From Candidatus Nanoarchaeia archaeon (lineage in GTDB: Archaea > Nanobdellota > Nanobdellia > SCGC-AAA011-G17 > JACPNG01), in the NCBI GenBank assembly GCA_028713535.1, contig JAQTOC010000002.1, positions 9,090 to 73,089 on the forward strand: a stretch of 64,000 bases of DNA, in the 5' to 3' direction. Positions 39,079-48,398 of this stretch are shown here, piece after piece. Positions within the stretch are counted from its first letter, which is position 1. The number at the start of each line of letters is the position of its first letter. The notes below the pieces were generated by a model, which was not told the origin of the DNA, made no database searches, and saw nothing but the letters and a program-made list of their open reading frames with translations. A program made the position numbers and the translations under genes.

Positions 39079-40266
39079 ATGAACTTTGAAAGAATAAGGC
39101 AGGATTTTCCAATATTAAACAAACTTGTTTATTTAGATTCTGCCTGTATGAGCTTGAAACCCATCCAAGTTATAGAAAAAATAAACGAGTATTACAAAGA
39201 ATACCCTGGATGTGGTGGAAGAGGAGTTCATAGCATAAGCAAAAAAGTTGACGAAGAAGTCTTTAAAGCAAGAAAGGAAATACAAAAATTATTTAACATA
39301 AAAAAAGAAAGCCAGATTGTTTTTTCTAAAAACACGACAGAATCACTTAACTTAGTCTACAATGGATTAAACATAAAGGGAAACATTATTACAACAGATA
39401 AAGAGCACAATTCAAACCTGCTGCCAGTCATTAAACTATGCAGAGAAAGAGGAATGAAGCACATTATTGTTAACAGCAATAACTGCGTGTTTGACCTTGC
39501 GGATTTTGAAAAAAAGATGAACAAGGGTATCTCTCTAGTTTCTATGGTTCATACCTCTAATTTAGATGGCTCAACAATTCCTGCCAAGGAAATAATTAAA
39601 ATAGCTCACGATAATAATTCCATAGTTATGCTGGACGGGGCTCAGTCTGCTCCACATAAGGAAATTGATTTAAAAAAATTGGATGCTGATTTGTTTGCAT
39701 GCTCAGGTCATAAGATGTTAGGCCCAACAGGAATTGGAATGTTGTATGGAAAAGAAGAAATTCTGGAAAAGCTGAACCCCCTTATTGTTGGAGGGGAAAC
39801 TGTAACAAACTCAACATATAATAGTTATGAAATAGAAAAGGTTCCAAATAGATTTGAAGCTGGATTGCAGCATTATTCTGGAATAATTGGTTTTGGCGAA
39901 GCATGTAATTACTTAAGAAAAGTTGGTATGGATAACATAATGAAGCAGGAATTAAAAGTAAATCAGATAATCGATGATGGATTAAGACCAATAGGAGGGA
40001 TTAATATCCTGGGCCCTGAAGATGTTAGATTCAGACCTGGCATTACATCATTTACATATAAAAATAAGGATGTTCACCAGATTGCACTACTCCTCGATCA
40101 TTCTAAAAAAATAATGATGAGGTCAGGGATGCATTGTGTTCATTCCTGGTTTAACAAGCATAACTTGAAAGGCAGTGTCAGAGCTTCGTTATATTTGTAT
40201 AACAACGAAGAAGATGCACATAAACTCGTCGAAGGGTTTAAACACGTCACAAAAGTAATAGGATGA
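39079..40266 (+). CDS. cysteine desulfurase (class V aminotransferase, SufS/CsdA-like)
   Basis: PLP-Lys region SGHKMLGPTGIGMLYG; 395 aa. Confidence 0.85.
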   Translation: MNFERIRQDFPILNKLVYLDSACMSLKPIQVIEKINEYYKEYPGCGGRGVHSISKKVDEEVFKARKEIQKLFNIKKESQIVFSKNTTESLNLVYNGLNIKGNIITTDKEHNSNLLPVIKLCRERGMKHIIVNSNNCVFDLADFEKKMNKGISLVSMVHTSNLDGSTIPAKEIIKIAHDNNSIVMLDGAQSAPHKEIDLKKLDADLFACSGHKMLGPTGIGMLYGKEEILEKLNPLIVGGETVTNSTYNSYEIEKVPNRFEAGLQHYSGIIGFGEACNYLRKVGMDNIMKQELKVNQIIDDGLRPIGGINILGPEDVRFRPGITSFTYKNKDVHQIALLLDHSKKIMMRSGMHCVHSWFNKHNLKGSVRASLYLYNNEEDAHKLVEGFKHVTKVIG

Positions 40267-40880
40267 AAACAAATGTTTTTTTTGTTGTTTCTGTAATTCT
40301 TTTTGTTTTTTTATTGTCATTTAAACTTGAAGTTTTCAACAAGCATTTTTATGACAAACAATTTGTTGAAAATAACGTTTATAACACTCTTGGAAAAGAA
40401 ACAGTAACTAATGAAACCCAGAACATTATGGATTATCTTAAGGGAAAAGCAGATTTGACCACTAATTTTTTTAATGAGAAAGAGAAATTGCATCTAAAAG
40501 ATGTTAAAACATTAATTTTTGTTGCAAATATTTTATTTTACCTAAGTTTGGTTTTAATGCTTGGCTTTTTGATTTATTTCATAAAAACAAAAAACATTAA
40601 AGAAATTAAAGTATCTTTGTCTATTGCTTGTGTTTCTGTACTTGTTATCCTGCTTGTTTTATTCTTATTTGATTTTTCAGATTTGTTCCTGGAATTTCAT
40701 AAAATATTATTTAGCAATAATCTGTGGTTGTTAAATCCCTTGGAAGATAAACTAATAATCATGTTTCCCGAACCATTTTTCTATAAAATCCTTATTGAAA
40801 TTGTAATGAATATCCTATTAATCACTGCGATTATAATCCTTATAAACACAAAAATTTTAAATAATGTTAAATTAAGCTAA
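40263..40880 (+). CDS. hypothetical polytopic membrane protein
   Basis: 4-nt overlap with the desulfurase gene; multiple TM helices. Confidence 0.3.
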   Translation: MKTNVFFVVSVILFVFLLSFKLEVFNKHFYDKQFVENNVYNTLGKETVTNETQNIMDYLKGKADLTTNFFNEKEKLHLKDVKTLIFVANILFYLSLVLMLGFLIYFIKTKNIKEIKVSLSIACVSVLVILLVLFLFDFSDLFLEFHKILFSNNLWLLNPLEDKLIIMFPEPFFYKILIEIVMNILLITAIIILINTKILNNVKLS

Positions 40881-40895
40881 CCTTGGTGAACAAAA

Positions 40896-41141
40896 ATGAA
40901 AATAATTGTATACTCAACAGATGCGTGTCCTTGGTGTTACAAAGTAAAACAGTATCTCAAGGAAAAAGGCGTAGCCTTCACAGAGTACAATGTGGGTGAA
41001 GACAGAAAAAAAGCTGAGGAAATGGTTGAAAAATCCGGGCAGATGAGCGTCCCTGTGACAGATATCGACGGAGAAATCATACTTGGCTTTAATAAAGAAG
41101 CAATAGATGGAGCTTTGAAAAAAAGTAAACTTAAAAACTAA
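40896..41141 (+). CDS. glutaredoxin-like protein (NrdH/Grx, CPWC)
   Basis: KIIVYSTDACPWCYKVKQYL thioredoxin-fold active site; 81 aa. Confidence 0.8.
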   Translation: MKIIVYSTDACPWCYKVKQYLKEKGVAFTEYNVGEDRKKAEEMVEKSGQMSVPVTDIDGEIILGFNKEAIDGALKKSKLKN

Positions 41142-41172
41142 TAAATATGTATAAATCTGGGGTTAATTATTC

Positions 41173-42513
41173 ATGAACAAATTTTTCGAGGCAAAGTCAA
41201 TAGCAGTAGTGGGAGTTTCGAGGAACAAGGACAAAGTAGGGCACATAATATTCAGTCAGCTTCTTAGAGGTTTCAAAGGAGAAATTTATGGAATAAACCC
41301 AAACCTAAATGAGCTTTATGGGAACAAAATTTACAAAGACCTGCCTTCTCTAAACCGAAAGATAGATCTTGTTGTTATTGCGATCCCCGCTCCTCTCGTT
41401 ATTGATATAATCCGAGAGCTTCCATCTGTTCAGTGCAAGAATGTTGTTATAATCTCTGCAGGATTTAAGGAAATAGGAAATGAGAAACTTGAACTGGAAC
41501 TAAAAAAAGAAATCGAGAAGAGAAACATAAAAGCTATAGGAGTTAATTGCCTTGGAATTTATGATTCATTTTCAGGAATTGATGCAATCTTCTTGCCCTC
41601 TGATAGGGTTCATAGGCCAAAAAAAGGAAAAATAAGTTTTGTTTGTCAGTCAGGAGCAATAGGAGGAGCAGTGCTGGATCTTATGGCTTCCAAAGGATAT
41701 GGTATAAACAAATTCATAAGTTATGGTAATGCCACAAGTTTGGATGAAACAGATTTTATTGATTATCTTGGAAAAGACAAGGATACAAAAGTTATTTGCG
41801 TTTATGTTGAAGGCATTAAGGATGGAAGAAAGTTTCTTGAGGTTTGTAAAAAAATAAAAAAGCCAATCGTAATACTTAAGGGAGGGTTAACTGCTGAAGG
41901 CAACAAGGCTGCATTGTCCCATACTGGCGCATTGGCCGGAGATCCAAGAGTTTATATTGGCGCATTTAAGCAGGCAAATCTTGTTTATGCTGAATCTATT
42001 GAAGATTTGTTTAACTATGCAAGATTATTGGAAAAAAGTTTAGCCCCGAAGGGGGATAATATCCAGATCATAACTAACGGAGGGGGGTTTGGGATTATTA
42101 GTACTGACAGCATAATAAACAACGATCTTTCAATGGCAGAATTATCTCAAAAAACCCGAAAAGAGCTAAGGGAAACATTTCCAAAGTTAGTAATAGTGGA
42201 TAATCCTATGGATCTGATAGGGGATGCAACAGATGAAAGATATGATATTGCTTTAGATAGGTGTGCATCAGATAAAAATATTGATGTTATTTTAGTTGTT
42301 CTTGATTTCCAAACTCCATTGCTTACTCCAAGAATTGTTGATGTTATTTCTAAATATAAGGATAAAAAACCAGTCATCTTGGTTGCCACCGGAGGTGAAC
42401 CAACAGAAAAAATAAAAAGGATTATAGAATCCAAAGGCATTGTTTGTTTTGATTATCCTGAAACTGCTGTAAGAAGTATAAAAAGGCTGGTTGATTATTA
42501 CAACAAAATTTAA
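41173..42513 (+). CDS. ADP-forming acetyl-CoA synthetase alpha-subunit-like CoA-binding protein
   Basis: N-terminal CoA-binding domain SIAVVGVSRNKDKVGH plus succinyl-CoA-synthetase-like flavodoxin domains; 446 aa. Confidence 0.7.
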   Translation: MNKFFEAKSIAVVGVSRNKDKVGHIIFSQLLRGFKGEIYGINPNLNELYGNKIYKDLPSLNRKIDLVVIAIPAPLVIDIIRELPSVQCKNVVIISAGFKEIGNEKLELELKKEIEKRNIKAIGVNCLGIYDSFSGIDAIFLPSDRVHRPKKGKISFVCQSGAIGGAVLDLMASKGYGINKFISYGNATSLDETDFIDYLGKDKDTKVICVYVEGIKDGRKFLEVCKKIKKPIVILKGGLTAEGNKAALSHTGALAGDPRVYIGAFKQANLVYAESIEDLFNYARLLEKSLAPKGDNIQIITNGGGFGIISTDSIINNDLSMAELSQKTRKELRETFPKLVIVDNPMDLIGDATDERYDIALDRCASDKNIDVILVVLDFQTPLLTPRIVDVISKYKDKKPVILVATGGEPTEKIKRIIESKGIVCFDYPETAVRSIKRLVDYYNKI

Positions 42514-42567
42514 ATACCGTTAAAAACATTCACAATAGTGAAATATTCTTGTCAGGAGGGATAAAAA

Positions 42568-43182
42568 ATGGAATCAATGCACGTTCTGCCAATCCTTGGA
42601 TATGACTACGATTCTTTAGAGCCGTACATAGATAAACAAACTATGGAGATACACCATAAAAAACATCATCAAACTTACGTGGATAATTTCAATAAGATAA
42701 TTGAAAAATATGATGAACTAAAACAAAAAGAAATCTCCAAGATTATTAAGGATCTAAATAAGCTGCCTGAAGAAATAAGATTGAGTGTTAAGAATCAAGG
42801 AGGAGGTTACCTCAATCATTCATTGTTCTGGGAGATACTAAAGAAAGGCACCAAGCTAAAAGGAGAACTAAAAGATGCAATAGAAAAAGCTTTTGGGAGC
42901 TTTGACAGTTTCAAGGAACAGTTTAAGGTTGCTGCTCTGACTCAGTTTGGGAGCGGATGGGCCTGGTTAGTTCTAAATAAAAATAGATTGGAGATAATAA
43001 AAACTTCAAATCAGGACAATCCTCTGACCGATGGAAAAATCCCTATTTTGATGATAGACGTATGGGAGCACGCTTATTATTTAAAATATCAGAATAGAAG
43101 GAATGAATACGTTGAAAACTTTTTTAACGTAATCAACTGGGATAATGCAAATAAAAATTACTTAAGAGCTATTCAACAGTGA
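42568..43182 (+). CDS. sod: Fe/Mn superoxide dismutase
   Basis: HHxKHH and DVWEHAYY metal-ligand motifs. Confidence 0.9.
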   Translation: MESMHVLPILGYDYDSLEPYIDKQTMEIHHKKHHQTYVDNFNKIIEKYDELKQKEISKIIKDLNKLPEEIRLSVKNQGGGYLNHSLFWEILKKGTKLKGELKDAIEKAFGSFDSFKEQFKVAALTQFGSGWAWLVLNKNRLEIIKTSNQDNPLTDGKIPILMIDVWEHAYYLKYQNRRNEYVENFFNVINWDNANKNYLRAIQQ

Positions 43183-44962
43183 CTGACTTGGCAAGGTTCC
43201 TTGGTTTGTCAGGATCAATTCCTTTAAGGTCAGCAATATAATACGATAACAGTTGTAAGGGGATTACATTCAGAATTGGGCTTAATTCCTCTTTGGTGGC
43301 AGGTACATAAATAATTTTATCAGCGATCTCTTTTAATTCTTTGTCGCTGGTTACAATAATTATCTTTCCTCCTCTCGATTTTATTTCTTCTATGTTGCTT
43401 AGGCATTTTTTAGTCAGATTGTCTTTGTTTAAAACAAAAATAACTGGAAAATCTTTTTCAATTAAGGCAATAGGGCCGTGTTTCATCTCAGCGGTTGGAT
43501 AGCCTTCTGCGTGAATATAGGAAATCTCTTTTAGTTTTAATGCCCCCTCTAAAGCTACAGGAAAATTAATTCCTCTCCCGAGAAATAAAAATGCTTTGCT
43601 CTCTCTTAAGTCATTAGCTATATTTTTTATTTTTTCAGTGTCATTAAAAATTGTTCTTGCTTTTTCAGGCAACCTAGTTATCTCTTCAACCAAGGAGTAC
43701 TCTATCTTATTTCCTTTTTCTTGCTCAATATACAATGAAATCAGTAAAATTGCTAAAACCTGCCCGGTAAATGCTTTTGTGCTTGCCACTCCAATCTCAG
43801 GTCCAGAATGCAGGTAAATTCCAGAGTCTACTTCCCTGGAGATTGTAGAGCCGACAACATTGATTATCCCCATGGTTTTTGCTTTTTTTGCTTTTGCCTC
43901 TTTTATTGCAGCAAGAGTGTCAGCAGTCTCCCCAGATTGGGATATTGCAATAACCAAGTCTCCTTCTTTGATGATTGGATTTTTATACCTAAACTCAGAT
44001 GCATAATCCACATCCACAGGAATCCTGTTTATTTTTTCTATAATATACTTGCCAATTAAGGCAGAATGCCAGCTTGTGCCACAGGCAATGAATATTATTC
44101 TCTTTATCGATTTGATATCAAAGTTTAGGCTAAGTTTAATATTTTTGTCTTTTATTCTACCCCTCAACGTATTTTCTAGGGCATCTGGCTGCTCAAATAT
44201 TTCTTTAAGCATGAAGTGCTTGAAACCCTTTTTTTCTATCTGATCAATGCTCCATTTAATTTCATGAACTTTTTTGTCAATCCCGTTCCCATAAATATCG
44301 CTTATGCTGTAATTCTCTTTTGTTATTGTAGCAACCTCATTGTCATCCAGATAAATAACCTTTTTAGTATGCTCCAAAATTCCAGCTGCATCAGAACAAA
44401 CAAACATTTCATGGTCTCCCACACCAAGGATCAGAGGGGATCCCCTCCTCGCAGCAACAATTTTATCTTCGTTCTTGCTCATAACTGCCAAGCCAAACGT
44501 TCCATCAATGCATCTCAGGGCATTTATAGTAGCTTCAGTTAAATCTCCATGATAAAAATCTTCAATTAGATGAGCGATTACTTCAGAATCAGTATTGGAT
44601 ATAAAGTTATGGCCTTTTTTCTTGAGGATTTCTCTTAAACCAGCATAATTTTCTATAATCCCATTATGAACAATGGCAATTTCTTTTTTGCAGTCTAAAT
44701 GAGGATGGGCATTTGTTTCATTAGGGACTCCATGTGTTGCCCATCTTGTATGGGCAATTCCGATTGATCCATTCAAAGAACCGAGTTCAGGGCTTTTTTC
44801 AAGTTCAGAGATCCTGCCTGCTCTTTTGATGATACCCAATTGATTGTTTTGTTTTACAACTAATCCTGCACTGTCATAGCCTCTGTATTCTAATGTTTTT
44901 AAACCTTTGATCAGCAAAGGCACAACTTCCCTGTCTCCAGCATAGGCGATTATCCCGCACAT
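43169..44962 (-). CDS. glmS: glutamine--fructose-6-phosphate aminotransferase GlmS
   Basis: N-terminal MCGIIAY Ntn amidotransferase plus two SIS domains; 597 aa. Confidence 0.9.
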   Translation of the reverse strand: MCGIIAYAGDREVVPLLIKGLKTLEYRGYDSAGLVVKQNNQLGIIKRAGRISELEKSPELGSLNGSIGIAHTRWATHGVPNETNAHPHLDCKKEIAIVHNGIIENYAGLREILKKKGHNFISNTDSEVIAHLIEDFYHGDLTEATINALRCIDGTFGLAVMSKNEDKIVAARRGSPLILGVGDHEMFVCSDAAGILEHTKKVIYLDDNEVATITKENYSISDIYGNGIDKKVHEIKWSIDQIEKKGFKHFMLKEIFEQPDALENTLRGRIKDKNIKLSLNFDIKSIKRIIFIACGTSWHSALIGKYIIEKINRIPVDVDYASEFRYKNPIIKEGDLVIAISQSGETADTLAAIKEAKAKKAKTMGIINVVGSTISREVDSGIYLHSGPEIGVASTKAFTGQVLAILLISLYIEQEKGNKIEYSLVEEITRLPEKARTIFNDTEKIKNIANDLRESKAFLFLGRGINFPVALEGALKLKEISYIHAEGYPTAEMKHGPIALIEKDFPVIFVLNKDNLTKKCLSNIEEIKSRGGKIIIVTSDKELKEIADKIIYVPATKEELSPILNVIPLQLLSYYIADLKGIDPDKPRNLAKSVTVE

Positions 44963-45048
44963 AAAGATTAATAGAAAATCAGTCTATTTTAATTTTTTGT
45001 TTTGGATATAATCAAAATTCTTAAATAGTTGAAAATAGGCATTGTTTT

Positions 45049-46146
45049 ATGGTAGATGTTTTTATAACATCATGTGAAACCTACAATCAAAAAGAGGTAA
45101 ACAGGGCAGTAGGGAAAATTCTGAAGAACTTTAAGATTAAACCAAAAAAAACTGTGCTCATAAAACCAAATCTTCTTGGAAGCTACAGAAAAGGTCATAT
45201 AGTGATTACTAATCCTGCAGTTATTGAAGCAATCTGCAAGGTTCTTGCAAAGAATAAAAATAAAATTATAATCGGGGATTCTTCCTTTCAGAATACAGAT
45301 ATTGCAATACAAAAATCAGGTATGCTTAGCGTTGCAAAAAAATATAATGCCCAGGTCTTGAATTTTGAAAAAACAAAATTAGTAAATGTAAAAATTCCAA
45401 AGGGAAAAATCTTAAAAGAAATCCTTCTGCCAGAAATTCTTTTCAAGGCAGATTACATAATCAACGTTCCAAAGCTTAAAACCCACTCATTAATGAAGTT
45501 AACTTGTGCAGTTAAAAATCTCTTCGGGGTTATCCCCGGATATAAAAAACAGAAGCTCCATGGTCTTGCACACTCAGAAAAAAAATTTGCCCAGCTTCTC
45601 CTCGATTTGCATAGCGTTGTAACCCCAACTCTAACTCTCGTTGACGCAGTAATCGGAATGGATGGGGAAGGACCTTCGGCAGGGGACGCTAGGCCTACAG
45701 GGATTGTATTTGCTTCTCAGTCTTCATTTGCTGTTGATCTTGTTGCCTGTGATATGATAGGTTGGAAAAGAAATTATGTGCCTACAAACAGATTGGTTAT
45801 GAAACAAAAATTATTCAATGAACCAATAACAATTCATGGGGAGATGCATCATATTCCTTACAAAAAACCACCAGCCCTGCCTGTAGGCTTGCTTAGCGCT
45901 GTAATGAGATTTATGCCAAAACCAAAGATAACTGTAAATAAAGAAAAATGCATAAGGTGCGGGGCATGTATGAGAGGCTGTCCTGTCGGTGCAATAACCT
46001 TAAATCCCTACCCTCTGATAAATACAAAAAAATGCATAAGGTGTTTTTGTTGCATAGAAGTTTGCCCAGAGCACGCATTATACCTTAAAGATTCTTTTAT
46101 TGTAAGTTTATTTAATTCTTTGAGAAAGAAAAATCTTAAGCTTTAG
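45049..46146 (+). CDS. DUF362-domain protein with a C-terminal 2x[4Fe-4S] ferredoxin domain
   Basis: C-terminal CIRCGACMRGCPVGAI ... CIRCFCCIEVCPEHAL. Confidence 0.6.
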   Translation: MVDVFITSCETYNQKEVNRAVGKILKNFKIKPKKTVLIKPNLLGSYRKGHIVITNPAVIEAICKVLAKNKNKIIIGDSSFQNTDIAIQKSGMLSVAKKYNAQVLNFEKTKLVNVKIPKGKILKEILLPEILFKADYIINVPKLKTHSLMKLTCAVKNLFGVIPGYKKQKLHGLAHSEKKFAQLLLDLHSVVTPTLTLVDAVIGMDGEGPSAGDARPTGIVFASQSSFAVDLVACDMIGWKRNYVPTNRLVMKQKLFNEPITIHGEMHHIPYKKPPALPVGLLSAVMRFMPKPKITVNKEKCIRCGACMRGCPVGAITLNPYPLINTKKCIRCFCCIEVCPEHALYLKDSFIVSLFNSLRKKNLKL

Positions 46147-48034
46147 GTTCTATTATTCTTATGGAATTTATGCTTTTTATTCTTTTTATTCTTGATGTGA
46201 TTTCCTTGAGATGCTCAATGTCTTCAAACCTGAGCATAATCTCTATCTGGGCTTTTTCATTTTTCATTAATTTGCTTGTCGCATGTATTATGTTTGTGCC
46301 TGTTGCAGAAACAGTATTTATTATGTCCGCAAGTATCCCTACTCTGTCAAAACAATTTATTTCAAGTATCAAGTCTAGATTTGAAATCTTGTTCCATGTT
46401 GCGATTCTCTTCTTGGATTTAAGTTTGTCTTTAAGGCTTTCACAGTCTTCTTTGTGGATCATATACTGTTTTCCAATGATGTAAGCAACAACGGGCTCGG
46501 GAGGCAAGGGGTTGCAGCATTTTGCTACTCTGGTTTTGCGTGATCTGCCGTTTATGGAAAATAATGAGGTTGGAACTTCTCCTTCTTTTTTTTCAATAAT
46601 CTTGCTTGGCTCTGGTTTTTGTTTGAGTTTGAAAAACCTTTTTATTTTTGCTTTAGCCTTGTTTGTCCTGACAATCCAAAGCCAGTCTCTTCTTGGATGG
46701 GCTTCCTTCTTGGTTAAAATCTTGATTATGTCTCCGTGTTTTAGTTCATGTCTTAATGAAACAATCCTGCCGTTGACTATTGCGCCAATGCACTTGTCTC
46801 CCAAATCAGAATGAAGCGCGTATGCAAAATCAACCGGAGTAGATCCTTTTGGAAGAGCTATTACTTCTGAGGTGGGGGTAAATACATAGATTTCGTCTTC
46901 AAAAAAATCATCTTTTAAAAAATCCCTGAATTCTTTTGGAGTTGTTTCTTCTTTTTTAAACCTGAACACCTCCCTGATCCATGAGAGTTTCTTGTCAAAT
47001 TTTTTGTCTAGAATGTCTGCTCCCTTGTATTTCCAGTGTGCAGCGATGCCTTCCTCTGCAATTCTGTCCATCTCCTTTGTTCTTATCTGGAATTCTACTG
47101 GTTGGTTCAATGCCATTACTGCAGTATGTAAGCTTTGATACATGTTTTTTTTGGGGACAGCAACATAGTCATTAAACTCGCCAGGGATTGGAGGCCATTC
47201 ATTGTGTATTACCCCAAGAATTTCATAGCAATGCTTGACTGTGTCAGTAACAATCCTCAATCCAATTAAATCATAAATTTCATCAAGGTTTCTTTTTTTC
47301 TCAATCATCTTCTTGTATAAGCTATAGATGTGTTTAGGCCTTCCAATTATTTCTGCAGAAATGCCTCTTTCTTTGATCTTGACCTCTAAGATCTTTTTTA
47401 GTTTTTTAATTTCGTTTTCTCTCTCTTTGCCCTGGGCTACTTTCTTACTTAATTTTTCATACATTTCAGGGTTAAGAACTTTGAATGCTAGATCTTCTAA
47501 TTCAGCTTTTACAGTAAACATCCCCATCCTAGAGGCAAGAGGCGCATATATCTCCAGTGTGGCCTGTGACACTTTCTTTTGTTTGTCAACAGGAAGATGG
47601 CTTAGCGTACGCATGTTATGTAATTTATCAATCAACTTGATTATGATAACTCTTAAATCCCTTGATGTGGCTATGAATAATTTTCTTATCGACTCTGTGT
47701 CTCTTGTTTTTTCATACTTAAACTGTTTTAATTTTGTTAATCCATCCACAAGACCTGCTACTTCTTTGCCAAATTCTTTTTCAATATCTTCTAATGAAGC
47801 TTCTGAATCCTCAACAGTGTCATGCAGCAGGGAAGCAATTATGCTTTCAGAATCCATTTTTAGCTCGGCGAGAATGTATGCAACATTTAATGGGTGCTGG
47901 ATGAATGGCTCGCCAGACGCCCTGTTTACCCCTTTATGGAACTTGTCTGCGAAATCATATGCTTTTTTAACTAAGTCAATATTAACATCCAGTTTGTTCT
48001 CTTCAATTTTTTTAATTAAATCTTTAAGTTCCAT
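46136..48034 (-). CDS. bifunctional (p)ppGpp synthetase/hydrolase, long RelA/SpoT homolog (HD-Synth-TGS-ZFD-ACT)
   Basis: HD hydrolase motif LLHDTVEDS; synthetase motifs RPKHIYSLYKKM, DLIGLRIV and YQSLHTAV; TGS (IYVFTPTSEVIALPKGSTPVDFAY); conserved Cys domain and C-terminal ACT; 632 aa. Confidence 0.85.
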   Translation of the reverse strand: MELKDLIKKIEENKLDVNIDLVKKAYDFADKFHKGVNRASGEPFIQHPLNVAYILAELKMDSESIIASLLHDTVEDSEASLEDIEKEFGKEVAGLVDGLTKLKQFKYEKTRDTESIRKLFIATSRDLRVIIIKLIDKLHNMRTLSHLPVDKQKKVSQATLEIYAPLASRMGMFTVKAELEDLAFKVLNPEMYEKLSKKVAQGKERENEIKKLKKILEVKIKERGISAEIIGRPKHIYSLYKKMIEKKRNLDEIYDLIGLRIVTDTVKHCYEILGVIHNEWPPIPGEFNDYVAVPKKNMYQSLHTAVMALNQPVEFQIRTKEMDRIAEEGIAAHWKYKGADILDKKFDKKLSWIREVFRFKKEETTPKEFRDFLKDDFFEDEIYVFTPTSEVIALPKGSTPVDFAYALHSDLGDKCIGAIVNGRIVSLRHELKHGDIIKILTKKEAHPRRDWLWIVRTNKAKAKIKRFFKLKQKPEPSKIIEKKEGEVPTSLFSINGRSRKTRVAKCCNPLPPEPVVAYIIGKQYMIHKEDCESLKDKLKSKKRIATWNKISNLDLILEINCFDRVGILADIINTVSATGTNIIHATSKLMKNEKAQIEIMLRFEDIEHLKEITSRIKRIKSINSIRIIEPKA

Positions 48035-48077
48035 GCTATTTCAGAATATAAAGAAATTAATAAACTTAATTGAAAAA

Positions 48078-48308
48078 TTAATATCCATAGATAAGCCTGG
48101 TTACCACATCGTTGTAGGATATCCAACCCAATAAAAGTCCTGTACCTATGAGAAGAATCACCAGCAATATGATTAATATCTTTAGTCCAAACACAACCTG
48201 GCTCAACTGCTTGTTTGTTTTCTCAAGATGAGTTTGGGAAAATCCGTACAAAACAGTACCATCTTTTTCTTTATATTCTACTCCCTTTTGTTGAGGCATT
48301 TGTATCAC
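48078..48308 (-). CDS. small hypothetical membrane protein
   Basis: 76-aa ORF with one or two TM helices; weak. Confidence 0.25.
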   Translation of the reverse strand: MIQMPQQKGVEYKEKDGTVLYGFSQTHLEKTNKQLSQVVFGLKILIILLVILLIGTGLLLGWISYNDVVTRLIYGY

Positions 48309-48398
48309 CTGTATATAATTGGATGGTTTATTTTTAAATATTTATATACTATAAAGCATTTAGTAAGGTATATAAATTTTGTTTTGAACTTAGGGGTT

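Noticed and set aside
48228-48398. N-terminal 57-aa extension of the MiaB-like ORF
   Set aside because: The extension is hydrophobic and unrelated to the family. The conserved N-terminus MKIYIKTFGC begins at the ATG at 48399, so I moved the start.
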